Sequence record: MN988522.1
Direction: 5' to 3' (one strand)
Length of the DNA stretch: 64,000 bases
Positions within the stretch are counted from its first letter, which is position 1; every line of letters begins with the position of its first letter. A model generated the notes under the pieces. That model did no database searches, had not been told where the DNA came from, and worked only from the letters and a program-made list of their open reading frames with translations. The position numbers were made by a program, and so were the translations under genes. Positions 1 through 8,525 of the stretch are shown in pieces.

Positions 1-1
1 A

Positions 2-775
2 GTAGTTCCAACATCTACGATCAGTCTTGTTGATATCTTGAATCAGATTCCAGACGAGAATATCGTAAGTGGAGGGTCTGAGATTGTATTCAACTTCATA
101 GATCTTGCTGCATTCCCTGAACGTGATGTCATCTTACAGTCAGGTTCTGTCTCAGTAGGTACACCAGTTTCGACTAATCCTACTGATTATAAGTTCCTAG
201 GCTACTTGAAGGTTCCACTTGAATTTGGGTCTGTTAATCTTGGATCTAAATATGAAAAGGATCAGAGACTTTACATTCGAAATATCATTCCTAACTGCTT
301 CAGAATCATCTGTAATGCTGATGCATTACAAGCGTACTATCGTTATGAGTTTACGATTTCTGATGCATTCTGGAAGATCGACACTATCAAACCTTCGACT
401 AAACGATTTGAATACAATGTCGAATACGTAGCGAAGATTAAAGGTGTCAGCTTCAGAATGAAGATTGATAATATTCGTCATCCTGTAGCTCATAAGGATG
501 GTGATCTGACTAAGCCTCTGACTAAGGATACAATTATCCAACGTGATACGACAGTCTTGTCAGGTATGCTGGCTACACAAGCAGTAGTATCTGACTCTTC
601 TGTTAGTAACTTGACTAAGAATCTATCAGACGTTCTGACGGATGATGATATCACAATCATCAAAAGTACAGTGATGAAGAAGAAGGCAGATACTGCCAAG
701 ATGTCACTCACTAATGACTATATGCAACTCATCCTTGTCGGATGGCGTAAAGTCGAGCCTAAGTTCTCATTCTAA
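2..775 (+). CDS. hypothetical protein, 5'-truncated by window edge
   Basis: Frame of ORF 38..775 is open back to position 2 (VVPTSTISLVDILNQ...), so the true start lies upstream; no family recognised. Confidence 0.75.
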   Translation, partial: VVPTSTISLVDILNQIPDENIVSGGSEIVFNFIDLAAFPERDVILQSGSVSVGTPVSTNPTDYKFLGYLKVPLEFGSVNLGSKYEKDQRLYIRNIIPNCFRIICNADALQAYYRYEFTISDAFWKIDTIKPSTKRFEYNVEYVAKIKGVSFRMKIDNIRHPVAHKDGDLTKPLTKDTIIQRDTTVLSGMLATQAVVSDSSVSNLTKNLSDVLTDDDITIIKSTVMKKKADTAKMSLTNDYMQLILVGWRKVEPKFSF

Positions 776-784
776 GGTGCAACC

Positions 785-1486
785 ATGCTTGTTTATTCTT
801 ACATCTTATACGGATGGGCACAATCCACTATCACAGGTGGAGATGGCAGTAGTGCTAAGCGTCTGACTCTGATCAGAAAGCTTAATCAGGAGTTCAATCT
901 GCTACCCGACTCTCTCAGAGGGAAGGGTGGCAAGAATGACTTTGATACAGCTAGAGCATTGACGACATATCTATGTCAAATGTTGAAGGTACCTCCTATC
1001 AAGTTTCCTGATCCTGCTAGTTCTATCAAGTCTATGGATCAGGCTGTACTTGTTTCTGATAAACTCAGTATCGATGTCATCAACAAAGGTAGTCCTGTCT
1101 ACTTTACGATGAGTAAAGTAATGCAGACGATTCAGAGTTCAGGTACAGATGCTCACAGAGCATATTTCTTGTCAGCTATCATCAATATGATGTTGGCAGG
1201 TAGTAGAATGTTCTTCACACTTGCAGCATCTCAAGGTAGTTATAACTACGATGAGTCGACTGCAATAACGTCGTATATCAATCGATTTACGAAGATGAAG
1301 ATCAGTACTTTTGGTAAGTCAATGACGTTCATGGAATTGAATTTCACTTCTATGACTGAACAGTTCAATAACTGCTACAGAGCTCTTGTCAGAGACTATC
1401 CGAATCTTCAAATAAGCGATCCTAATGCGTTGATTGCATCAATTCGTCAGAATATCATTCTGTACCGTATGCAGGAGATCAAATGA
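785..1486 (+). CDS. hypothetical protein
   Basis: 233 aa ORF, tightly packed, overlaps next gene (ATGA). Confidence 0.75.
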   Translation: MLVYSYILYGWAQSTITGGDGSSAKRLTLIRKLNQEFNLLPDSLRGKGGKNDFDTARALTTYLCQMLKVPPIKFPDPASSIKSMDQAVLVSDKLSIDVINKGSPVYFTMSKVMQTIQSSGTDAHRAYFLSAIINMMLAGSRMFFTLAASQGSYNYDESTAITSYINRFTKMKISTFGKSMTFMELNFTSMTEQFNNCYRALVRDYPNLQISDPNALIASIRQNIILYRMQEIK

Positions 1487-2898
1487 CTGAAACTATTTCA
1501 TTGAATGAAGTAGATCACTGGGTCGAGACTAATCTTGAGGTCGAGAGCATCGTTGATGCTCTCGGTCTTAGATACAAAGAGCCTGTTGAGAAGGACTATG
1601 GATACAGCTCAAAAGTTGAATTCACAGTAAATATCTCTCTGAACTCTGAAGGTCAAGATCTCATGATCATTGACGGTGGGTATTCATACAATAAACTCAA
1701 AATCCATGATCTACCTGACAATGCTCCTGTTCAACTACAAGGTGCTACGAGAGCAGTATCAACAGATACTGACTTCAGACTGAAGACTCAGATTCCTATC
1801 CAGAATTATATTGAAGGAATCCTTGATAAACTACCTAATTTGATCATCACTAAAGAAGACATTATCTTCTCGTCAATTTATGTATCCAATGTGACTGGAT
1901 TCAAGACATTTGCTAACGATATGAATCGATTCGAGACAATCGAAATCGACTCCAATCCTCAGGTGACATTATATGTTACTAAGGATCCTCTCGATCGTTA
2001 CGTTTTAAGGTATAATCCTACGTTCATTTTGAAGACGATTATTCATGATTGGATCTTCAAGGCTACTGGATTCAAACTGATGGCCAAGTATGGTGGAGCA
2101 ATGTCGACCTTTGCATATATGCTAGGTCATGAGATTCTTCACTATCGATTTGACCACTTCAATCCTGTTGTATCTGCAGCAATCGACTCCAAGTGTGTTG
2201 ATGTAATTGCTCTTAAGAAAGCTGTCAATCCTAAAATGGCTAAATCGATCGTAAGATCGATGAGAACTGTTGCTGAAGAAATCATGGTTAATTCCTTGAT
2301 GAGTCAGCTTATGGATATGCCAGCAGTCGATAGTGGTCTAACGACAGGATCTAATGGATCAGAAGACTTTAGTTACAAGAATAAATATTATCTTGTGATT
2401 GAAGGTCGAAAGATGTATTCTCAGGATCGCAAAGGTCGTACGACTTCTCATCTTCAGCCTTTAGATATTAATTCTGAAAAATTTAGTCGTAGAATAGCGT
2501 ATAGTCTTAGTCTGACTAAGTATCAGGATGATGAACAGTACCCATATGGTAAAGTAATACTTAAACCAGGACATACTCATGTAGCTATACCTGTTGCAGG
2601 TAACTATGTGACATACCCTGATATTGTCTATCTGATGAATCTGTATGCTTCATTGACTACAGACGATTACTTCGGTAAGAAATATAAACCTAAGCCTCCG
2701 AAGATTGAGTATAAGATCGGTGATATTGTATCGACCTTCAATCATGAGATTTGCATCGTCTGTAATATAGTCAAAGCTAAAGGTGATGAACCTGACAACT
2801 TGACTCTTTCTAGACTGAGTGAACAACAGCTCGACGATCTACGTAATCGTAGAGTAACAATTGAACAACTCGTTGAGATAGGGAAGAAAGATGGCTAG
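1483..2898 (+). CDS. putative zincin metallopeptidase (VWA-associated type)
   Basis: HExxH motif in LGHEILHYRF plus downstream AEEIMVN; adjacent to a VWA gene. Confidence 0.6.
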   Translation: MTETISLNEVDHWVETNLEVESIVDALGLRYKEPVEKDYGYSSKVEFTVNISLNSEGQDLMIIDGGYSYNKLKIHDLPDNAPVQLQGATRAVSTDTDFRLKTQIPIQNYIEGILDKLPNLIITKEDIIFSSIYVSNVTGFKTFANDMNRFETIEIDSNPQVTLYVTKDPLDRYVLRYNPTFILKTIIHDWIFKATGFKLMAKYGGAMSTFAYMLGHEILHYRFDHFNPVVSAAIDSKCVDVIALKKAVNPKMAKSIVRSMRTVAEEIMVNSLMSQLMDMPAVDSGLTTGSNGSEDFSYKNKYYLVIEGRKMYSQDRKGRTTSHLQPLDINSEKFSRRIAYSLSLTKYQDDEQYPYGKVILKPGHTHVAIPVAGNYVTYPDIVYLMNLYASLTTDDYFGKKYKPKPPKIEYKIGDIVSTFNHEICIVCNIVKAKGDEPDNLTLSRLSEQQLDDLRNRRVTIEQLVEIGKKDG

Positions 2899-4417
2899 AT
2901 TCGTTGTAAGTTCTGACGTTGTTAATCCGTACAAGGTTATCTATCACGATGAGATGCCTACAGACGATGGTAGTGGAGATAAAGATCAGGAGTATAAGGA
3001 CGCTACTGATGAGTATAGTGGTGACGTAATTAAATCTAAATCACCTAAACTGAAACCTCCTGAAGAAGCTCCTATTCCTGGTATGGAGAATAAAAGACCT
3101 CAGACTCAAACTATTCTAGGGTCTAATAATCCTCCAGAAGAAGATCCTCCTCCACCTCCTCCTGGTCCAACTATGGAAGAGCCTGACGATACTCCTGATC
3201 CATCTCAACCTCCTCCACCTGATGCTCAATCATCTGATGATAAGACCACTAAGGATCCGTTGAATCAAAATCCTCCTACTCCTTCAGATGACTCTGATAG
3301 TGAATATGATGACGATGATTTCGAAGATGGAGGAGACATTGAAGGAGATGATCCAGATGCTCTACCTGATCCTTCACGACCGTCTAATCGTAAGTCAGGT
3401 GATTCGTCTATAGATAGTAATCCTGATGATACTGGATTTACTTATCCGACTTCTTTCGATGATCTTGAAGATACTGACAGTGAAACAGGTGAGACTGGAG
3501 ATATAGAATCTGAAGATGCTGAACCTGATCCATTCGATGGTATGTCTGACGAAGAAATTCGTAAGGCTATTGAGAATGCTCAGGATGACATGTCAGATGA
3601 TGTCAAAGATACTCAACAGCAGATCGATCAATCTAAAGAAGATCTAGCTTCTATGAAACGTGTCGGCAATGGTATGAGTGGAGGAGGTGCCTCTGGTATC
3701 AGTCTTCTATCTCGTGCTAGTGCTGAGAAATTCACTAATCTTATGAAGCCATTCGATCAGTGGATCCGAGATCTGAAAGGTAAAGCTGGTCAGAATCTTG
3801 TTTACAGTACTGATACTGTTTCAAGACGTGTCAAAGGACTATTCGGACGTGAGATCGACTCTGATAGTCACAAGGGTAAGGAACTGGACAAGGTTCTAGC
3901 TATTGTGTATGATACCTCAGGCTCGATGAACGCTAAGTTGATGACCAAAATCAGTAGTAGTCTGTTCTACAAATTGACTCGTGAAAAGATTGTCAAGTAT
4001 ATCTTGCCAATTCACTTCGACGGTAGACTACCTACAAAATTCTATCGTGCTACTGAAGCTACTCCTGAGATCGAGAAGATGCTCAAGAATGGCTCGGGAT
4101 CATATATCCAACCTGCTTATCGTCAGTTGGAGAAATTGATCCGTGAGAATAAAAGCAAGATGAAGGTATCAGGTATTGTTATCATCTCAGACTATGATAT
4201 CTTCGATGCTGTAAAGCTACCAGACGATTTGTACAAAGAGTTGAAGGATATTCCGATCTTCTGCTTGCTAGTGGCAGACAGGAAACTGACTCCAACTAAT
4301 ACGTCATTAGCTACTAAGTATAAGAATCAGTCTGGTCTAGATAGCAAGATGACTTTTGCTCTATTCGATGGATTGAACGTGAAAATGTTCATGAGAAACG
4401 GAAAAGTTTTGTCATGA
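2891..4417 (+). CDS. VWA-domain protein with long acidic/Pro-rich N-terminal linker
   Basis: MIDAS motif IVYDTSGSM; IVISDY; ~250 aa D/E/P low-complexity region. Confidence 0.7.
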   Translation: MARFVVSSDVVNPYKVIYHDEMPTDDGSGDKDQEYKDATDEYSGDVIKSKSPKLKPPEEAPIPGMENKRPQTQTILGSNNPPEEDPPPPPPGPTMEEPDDTPDPSQPPPPDAQSSDDKTTKDPLNQNPPTPSDDSDSEYDDDDFEDGGDIEGDDPDALPDPSRPSNRKSGDSSIDSNPDDTGFTYPTSFDDLEDTDSETGETGDIESEDAEPDPFDGMSDEEIRKAIENAQDDMSDDVKDTQQQIDQSKEDLASMKRVGNGMSGGGASGISLLSRASAEKFTNLMKPFDQWIRDLKGKAGQNLVYSTDTVSRRVKGLFGREIDSDSHKGKELDKVLAIVYDTSGSMNAKLMTKISSSLFYKLTREKIVKYILPIHFDGRLPTKFYRATEATPEIEKMLKNGSGSYIQPAYRQLEKLIRENKSKMKVSGIVIISDYDIFDAVKLPDDLYKELKDIPIFCLLVADRKLTPTNTSLATKYKNQSGLDSKMTFALFDGLNVKMFMRNGKVLS

Positions 4418-4419
4418 GA

Positions 4420-4447
4420 AGCGAAGAGGAGGGTGCATAGCCTTCCT
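4420..4447 (+). promoter_or_regulatory. conserved motif AGCGAA-N13-AGCCTTCCT, copy 1
   Basis: agcgaa gaggagggtgcat agccttcct, 9 nt before tRNA-Ser; also folds as a hairpin. Confidence 0.7.
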
Positions 4448-4456
4448 CTCTTGTCA

Positions 4457-4546
4457 GGAGAGGTGGCCGAGTGGTTGAAGGCACCTGACTACTAATCAGG
4501 CATACGAGCAATCGTATCGTGGGTTCGAAACCCACCCTCTCCGCCA
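4457..4546 (+). tRNA. tRNA-Ser(ACU), type II, unusual A34
   Basis: Stem CCTGA/TCAGG, loop CT-ACT-AA, long variable arm, G73, encoded CCA. Confidence 0.85.
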
Positions 4547-4568
4547 ATTATTAAGAATTGACTTACAT

Positions 4569-4991
4569 ATGTCTATTAGTTTGTATAACTACAAGATCAA
4601 CGTCATTCGAGTTATCGATGGCGATACGATTTATGCAGAAATTGATCTAGGATTCAATATTCGCATCAAAGATTACATTCGATTTGATGGAGTTGATACT
4701 CCTGAGACTCGAGGATCGACAGCTACTGATTTAGGTCAGTGGGCTAAGATGTATACTAGTCTTTGGCTCAGAGGTCTTGAGGGACAATTTGATGAGTTGA
4801 AGACTCTGAATCTGGATGAGGCTTGGTCTAAAGTACCTCGTTCGGATACAGGTCCATGGCTTACTAATCTTTATCTGGATAGTAAATCATACAATGACCG
4901 TGAGAAATACGGTAGGATCCTCGGATATATCTATCGTAATGAAGCTCTATCTTTGAATACCAGACTGATTCAAGAAGGTCTCAAGAAGTAG
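4569..4991 (+). CDS. thermonuclease/SNase-like nuclease
   Basis: VIRVIDGDT, IRFDGVDTPE, DKYGR-like EKYGRILG motifs. Confidence 0.85.
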   Translation: MSISLYNYKINVIRVIDGDTIYAEIDLGFNIRIKDYIRFDGVDTPETRGSTATDLGQWAKMYTSLWLRGLEGQFDELKTLNLDEAWSKVPRSDTGPWLTNLYLDSKSYNDREKYGRILGYIYRNEALSLNTRLIQEGLKK

Positions 4992-5084
4992 GAGAATTCT
5001 AATGGGTGACGATTCTAGCATCATACTTTAACCTGTAGGTTCATACAGAAGAGGATCTCCTCTTTACCTACAGGTAAGGAGAGT

Positions 5085-5369
5085 ATGATGGATAAGTTCA
5101 ATAGAGCAGTACGTAGACATCATCGTAAACGTCTACGTGAAAATAGAAAGATTTACCATGGAGGACTCCAATGGGTGATCGATCGTGAGAAAGCTAAATC
5201 TTTCAGAGTAAATACTCCTACGCCATGTTCATGTCATATGTGTGGCAATCCTCGTAAGTTCTTTAAAGAACTCACAATTCAGGAGCGTAAATTCGCCTTA
5301 GATTACGCGAAGTCGAGCTCCATTAACCTTCCTTATTGTCAGGAGGAATTGTCCTCCGATGATTTCTGA
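5085..5369 (+). CDS. small basic phage protein with CSCxxCGNPR Zn-binding-like motif
   Basis: PCSCHMCGNPRK motif; RBS AAGGAGAG. Confidence 0.7.
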   Translation: MMDKFNRAVRRHHRKRLRENRKIYHGGLQWVIDREKAKSFRVNTPTPCSCHMCGNPRKFFKELTIQERKFALDYAKSSSINLPYCQEELSSDDF

Positions 5370-5397
5370 ACCACTGAAAACTTATTCGGTTGGATTC

Positions 5398-5425
5398 AGC
5401 GAAGTCAGGGTTGGTTAGCCTTCCT
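5398..5425 (+). promoter_or_regulatory. conserved motif copy 2
   Basis: agcgaa gtcagggttggtt agccttcct upstream of tRNA-Lys. Confidence 0.7.
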
Positions 5426-5500
5426 TGTTACGAGGTCGAGGTTTTCGATCTTGAAGAATTCGATTTTTAGAGTACAAGTTTATAAAGAATCTCGTAATAT

Positions 5501-5577
5501 GTACGCTTAACTCAGCTGGATAGAGTAGCGACCTTTTAAGTCGTTGGTCATCGGTTCAAGTCCGATAGCGTACACCA
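5501..5577 (+). tRNA. tRNA-Lys(UUU)
   Basis: Acceptor GTACGCT/AGCGTAC, loop CT-TTT-AA, CCA. Confidence 0.95.
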
Positions 5578-5704
5578 TATTGCATACATTAGAAGACATA
5601 GTTTTTAGAGTAAATTTTGAGTGGTGTGCCTGTACCTATGGTACAGAGTGCTCGGAGATCCTCAGGTAGTTGGCGACTTGAGGATCTCTGCTACACTTTA
5701 TGAC

Positions 5705-5782
5705 GGTCCTGTACGTTCAATTGGATAGACGGCTGGATTTCTACTCCGGAGGTTGGGTGTTCGAGTCACTCCAGGATCGCCA
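5705..5782 (+). tRNA. tRNA-Arg(UCU)
   Basis: Acceptor GGTCCTG/CAGGATC, loop TT-TCT-AC, CCA. Confidence 0.9.
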
Positions 5783-5800
5783 TAAATTGTAGGTTATATT

Positions 5801-6439
5801 ATGGAATGCCCTTATTGTTCTAAGCTCTTTAAGAGTGAGAGATCAATGTCTGGACATAAGGGATTCTGTAAATCAGGACCCTATCGTGCAGATACGATTG
5901 ATCGTAATGCAAAAGCTAAGTTTAAATTAAGAAAAGTCAGACAACCTAGAGGTGTCGACAAGAGGACTCTTCCTGCGTCTTGTAAATTCTGTGACCGAGA
6001 ATTTGAAAATCTATTTCAGAAGAATGGTCATCAAGTTAGATGTGAGAAGAATCCTAATCCAGCTGAATCGTCAGGTCCAATAGGATATAAACACACTGAA
6101 AGTACTCGAAAGAAGCTCTCTGACGCTCGAAGAGCCTTCCTTATTGAGAACCCAGATAAGCAATTCTTCAATTATCGTGATTCTAAAGCAGAGCACGATC
6201 TTGCTAAGAAATTTGATGAAGTAGGTATCCTCTACGTAAGACAGTATCGAGGATCTGACTGGAAGAGAGCTTACAAGGCAGACTTCTATCTTCCAGAGTT
6301 TAATTACATCATTGAAGTTAATGGTGAGTTCAAGTATGAGAACGGTAAGCTGCATCAGTATTACCTAAACCGACAGAGATATATTGAATCATTTGGATAT
6401 AAAGTGATTCAAGTACACGCGTATGAAGTGTACGAGTAG
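5801..6439 (+). CDS. putative homing endonuclease (Zn fingers + NUMOD3-like + DUF559/Vsr-like nuclease)
   Basis: CPYC..H..C and CKFC..H..C fingers; HTESTRKKLS; ADFYLPEFNYIIEVNGEF. Confidence 0.75.
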   Translation: MECPYCSKLFKSERSMSGHKGFCKSGPYRADTIDRNAKAKFKLRKVRQPRGVDKRTLPASCKFCDREFENLFQKNGHQVRCEKNPNPAESSGPIGYKHTESTRKKLSDARRAFLIENPDKQFFNYRDSKAEHDLAKKFDEVGILYVRQYRGSDWKRAYKADFYLPEFNYIIEVNGEFKYENGKLHQYYLNRQRYIESFGYKVIQVHAYEVYE

Positions 6440-6876
6440 TTAAAGTACATCTTGGACATAGCTAGTGAGTTGGTTCTTCGTGAGTCATATCGTTTCTCCT
6501 TTCGGTATGAGTGTATGACAAGCTATGAGTTCTGGCATTCTATCTACCTTTAATCCTTTTCTGTAGATAGAATAACGCACGCGTCAAGATGTTATCCTCG
6601 AAAGTCAGACAGAGGATCTCAGTTTTATAATCTAGATAACGATATGCCCGATCGTTATGTTCCAGTAAGATCAAGTCTTCCTCCCAGACGTCACTCATTC
6701 CCCTCTTGAGTTTATCTTAACGCACGCGCTAGATTATAGGTCTCTGAAAACTGGACAGGAGACCATCAGTTCACTAGGGAGTCAGAAGTATGTAATTCCT
6801 TGTCTTACCTGGAGGTCACATGCGGGTGATCTCGGTTACTTTGAGGTTTACTACTTCTGACTCCTGCCGGATTTAT

Positions 6877-6952
6877 TCTAGGTTAGCCAAGTTGGTAAGG
6901 CACGAGTTTTTGGTGCTCGCATACCTAGGTTCGAACCCTAGACCTAGAACCA
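6877..6952 (+). tRNA. tRNA-Gln(UUG)
   Basis: Acceptor TCTAGGT/ACCTAGA, loop TT-TTG-GT, CCA. Confidence 0.92.
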
Positions 6953-6997
6953 CTTTTTAGATGTTGATTAAGTTCCGTCTAACAATGAGAGAATACA

Positions 6998-7255
6998 ATG
7001 AGTAAAGCATCTGAAGTTATCAAGAAGCTGAATGAGACTAAACCTTCAGAAGATCTTCTGAAGAGCGAGGTCCAGGAAATTAAGCAGAAGATGATTAATC
7101 AAGGCATCGTCAGACCTGACTATGCTGTTGAAAGATTTAGTCTGGTTAGTGATAGATTCAGAAATGTCTTGATACACGGTATTGTTCATGGAACAAATAC
7201 TGCAGGATGGAGAGATCAGATTAAAGATTTGAGATCTCAGAATTTGATTAGTTAG
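6998..7255 (+). CDS. hypothetical protein with MSKA...LNE N-terminal motif
   Basis: 85 aa ORF; stop codon overlaps G1 of tRNA-Gly. Confidence 0.7.
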   Translation: MSKASEVIKKLNETKPSEDLLKSEVQEIKQKMINQGIVRPDYAVERFSLVSDRFRNVLIHGIVHGTNTAGWRDQIKDLRSQNLIS

Positions 7256-7329
7256 CGGACGTAACTCAGAGGTAGAGTGCAATCCTTCCAAGTTTGAAGT
7301 CGTGGGTTCGATTCCCATCGTCCGCTCCA
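7255..7329 (+). tRNA. tRNA-Gly(UCC)
   Basis: Acceptor GCGGACG/CGTCCGC, loop CT-TCC-AA, U73, CCA. Confidence 0.93.
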
Positions 7330-7330
7330 T

Positions 7331-7407
7331 GCATCCTTAGCTCAGTTGGTTAGAGCATCAGTTTTACATACTGAGGGTCACTAGTTCGAGCCTAGTAGGA
7401 TGTACCA
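7331..7407 (+). tRNA. tRNA-Val(UAC)
   Basis: Acceptor GCATCCT/AGGATGT, loop TT-TAC-AT, CCA. Confidence 0.95.
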
Positions 7408-7426
7408 GTTATATTAAACTATTCGT

Positions 7427-7502
7427 GGGAGATTAGTTCAGTGGTTAGAACCGTCAGCTCATAACTGATTAAACAGAGGTTCGAATCCTCTATCTCCTAC
7501 CA
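7427..7502 (+). tRNA. tRNA(CAU), elongator Met or Ile2
   Basis: Acceptor GGGAGAT/ATCTCCT, loop CT-CAT-AA, CCA. Confidence 0.88.
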
Positions 7503-7505
7503 AGT

Positions 7506-7582
7506 ACCACCTTAACTCAGATGGATAGAGTACTCGACCGATAATCGAGTTGTCATTGGTTCAAGTCCAATAGGTGGTACCA
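7506..7582 (+). tRNA. tRNA-Ile(GAU), C at position 33
   Basis: Stem CTCGA/TCGAG, loop CC-GAT-AA, CCA. Confidence 0.88.
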
Positions 7583-7600
7583 ACTTTTATTGAGTAGATA

Positions 7601-8188
7601 ATGAAGTGCAGTTATTGTGAAACTGAGTTTAGACATCTGAGTCGACATGTTAGATATTGTCCTCAGAATCCTGACAGAATTGTCAAGTTAAATCAGTTCT
7701 CTAAGGCTGAGTCATTAGGCTTACCTAAGCCGCCATTGTCTGAGAAATCTCGGAGAATGACTACTGAAAGAAATGCATCTCGAGTATGGACTCCAGAGAT
7801 CAGATCTAAATTATCTAAGAGTATGATTAAGTACTTTAAAGATAATCCTGAAGCTCATCCGTACTTAAAGTATCATTCAAGTGGTGAATCATATGCTGAA
7901 GGATTCTTTCGAGAATTCTTTTTAAGTCATGATTTATCATTCAAACAAGAGTTGCAGGTTGGTCTCTATACACTTGACTTCGCATTTGAGGACAAGATGA
8001 TTGATGTAGAGATCAACGGTAACTTTCACTATAATAATCCTGGAATTGTTGAGAAAGATCAACGACGAAGACTCTTCTTGGAAGAGCGTGGATGGACTAT
8101 TATAGAAGTTCGATGGTCTGAGTATAAGAAGATGAATGAGTCAGAGCGATCTGATTATCTGAATTCCTTATTATCTCAACTATCCTGA
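7601..8188 (+). CDS. putative homing endonuclease (Zn finger + DUF559/Vsr-like nuclease)
   Basis: CSYC..H..C; LDFAFEDKMIDVEINGNFHY; GWTIIEVRW. Confidence 0.75.
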   Translation: MKCSYCETEFRHLSRHVRYCPQNPDRIVKLNQFSKAESLGLPKPPLSEKSRRMTTERNASRVWTPEIRSKLSKSMIKYFKDNPEAHPYLKYHSSGESYAEGFFREFFLSHDLSFKQELQVGLYTLDFAFEDKMIDVEINGNFHYNNPGIVEKDQRRRLFLEERGWTIIEVRWSEYKKMNESERSDYLNSLLSQLS

Positions 8189-8264
8189 CGCGGGATGGCG
8201 CAGTCGGTAGCGCGCAAGAGTCATAATCTTGAGGTCGAGGATTCGAGTTCCTCTCCCGCAACCA
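8189..8264 (+). tRNA. initiator-like tRNA-Met(CAU)
   Basis: C1:A72 mismatch (CGCGGGA/TCCCGCA), anticodon CAT, CCA; lacks the three G-C anticodon-stem pairs. Confidence 0.85.
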
Positions 8265-8525
8265 GTTTCAGTTAACGAGGCCACCGTATCTAGATTAATC
8301 TACCTCACAGGTATCTAGATCGTAGTGAGTTTGAGCGGAGCAGTCTTAACTGCATCGTTGTGGTCCCATCGATAATGCGGTCCCGAGATGGGATAGGACT
8401 CTATCTGAGTGCACAAGGATAGATGCACCTAAGCGGTCTCTGCGATGAGATCCACCGCTCCATAATCTGTAATCTTGATGTGAACAGTGTCGTAGATATC
8501 TCATCAGTAATATCGAGTTAATGAG

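Noticed and set aside
4457-4546. Amber suppressor tRNA (CUA) and TAG recoding
   Set aside because: CTA occurs in the loop but off-register; the 5-bp stem sets the anticodon as ACT. Long ORFs translate cleanly in the standard code and several genes end in TAG
6133-6141. Additional copy of the AGCCTTCCT box
   Set aside because: Inside a CDS and lacks AGCGAA 13 nt upstream (AGCTCT); same for 22294-22302
7046-7330. Minus-strand ORFs over tRNA genes (also 14880..15182 and 17757..17948)
   Set aside because: Antisense shadows of tRNA genes, with typical translated-tRNA text such as MGIEPTTSNLEG and GLEPVR
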